Of a stretch of 64,000 nucleotides of DNA, positions 63,871-64,000 are shown in pieces. Both the position numbers and the translations under genes were made by a program. The first letter of the stretch is position 1, and every line of letters starts with the position of its first letter. The notes under the pieces were generated by a model. The model saw only the letters and a program-made list of their open reading frames with translations, had not been told where the DNA came from and made no database searches. Source of the DNA: Felis catus. Lineage: Eukaryota. The stretch is from contig NC_058368.1 of NCBI RefSeq assembly GCF_018350175.1, positions 148,492,001 through 148,556,000 of the forward strand, written 5' to 3'.

Positions 63871-63900
63871 GGAAAAATTATTAAAGGAATTAAAATATTA
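62600..63900 (+). mobile_element. Old L1 (L1M/L1MC-like) 5' end and inter-ORF fragments
   Basis: aaaaatctaaatgtcagtgagaaca...tgaggcacttgaacc; catatatagatgtaatt...aataatagcacaaa...aaattctgataagttaaaatatat. Confidence 0.55.
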
Positions 63901-63901
63901 G

Positions 63902-64000
63902 AGGGGTACCTGGATGGTTCAGTCAGTTAAACATCCAACTTCAACTCAGGTCATGATCTCACGGTTTGTGAGTTCAAGCCTCACATGTGATCTGTGCTGA
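63902..64000 (+). mobile_element. CAN-SINE, cut by the window end
   Basis: aggggtacctggatggttcagtcagttaaacatccaacttcaactcaggtcatgatctc. Confidence 0.93.

Noticed and set aside
1..64000. CRISPR arrays, operons, rRNA, numts or intact ERV genes
   Set aside because: None seen; the recurring ~200-bp units are dispersed SINEs, not repeat-spacer arrays

Overview
AT-rich mammalian genomic DNA, almost certainly from a felid, given the abundant SINEC_Fc-type CAN-SINEs and feline-type L1s. It looks like a gene desert or large intron. I found no host protein-coding exon, RNA gene or prokaryotic-type system I can support, and nearly all ORFs in the track are repeat-derived. The window holds one full-length but decayed L1 (4144-10882) with an 18-bp TSD, which splits a MER67-like LTR. 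It also holds two younger 5'-truncated L1s, about 25 CAN-SINEs of mixed age, and many old L1M, L2, MIR, MaLR, ERVL, MER58 and MER5 relics plus microsatellites. The main unexplained items are two non-repeat, coding-like islands inside old L1 relics (30172-30640, source unidentified; 36383-37375, candidate retrocopy), an orphan internal L1 ORF2 fragment with no tail or TSD, and two SINEs inserted successively at one target site. Repeat family names come from recalled consensus features, not database searches, and boundaries of old repeats are approximate.
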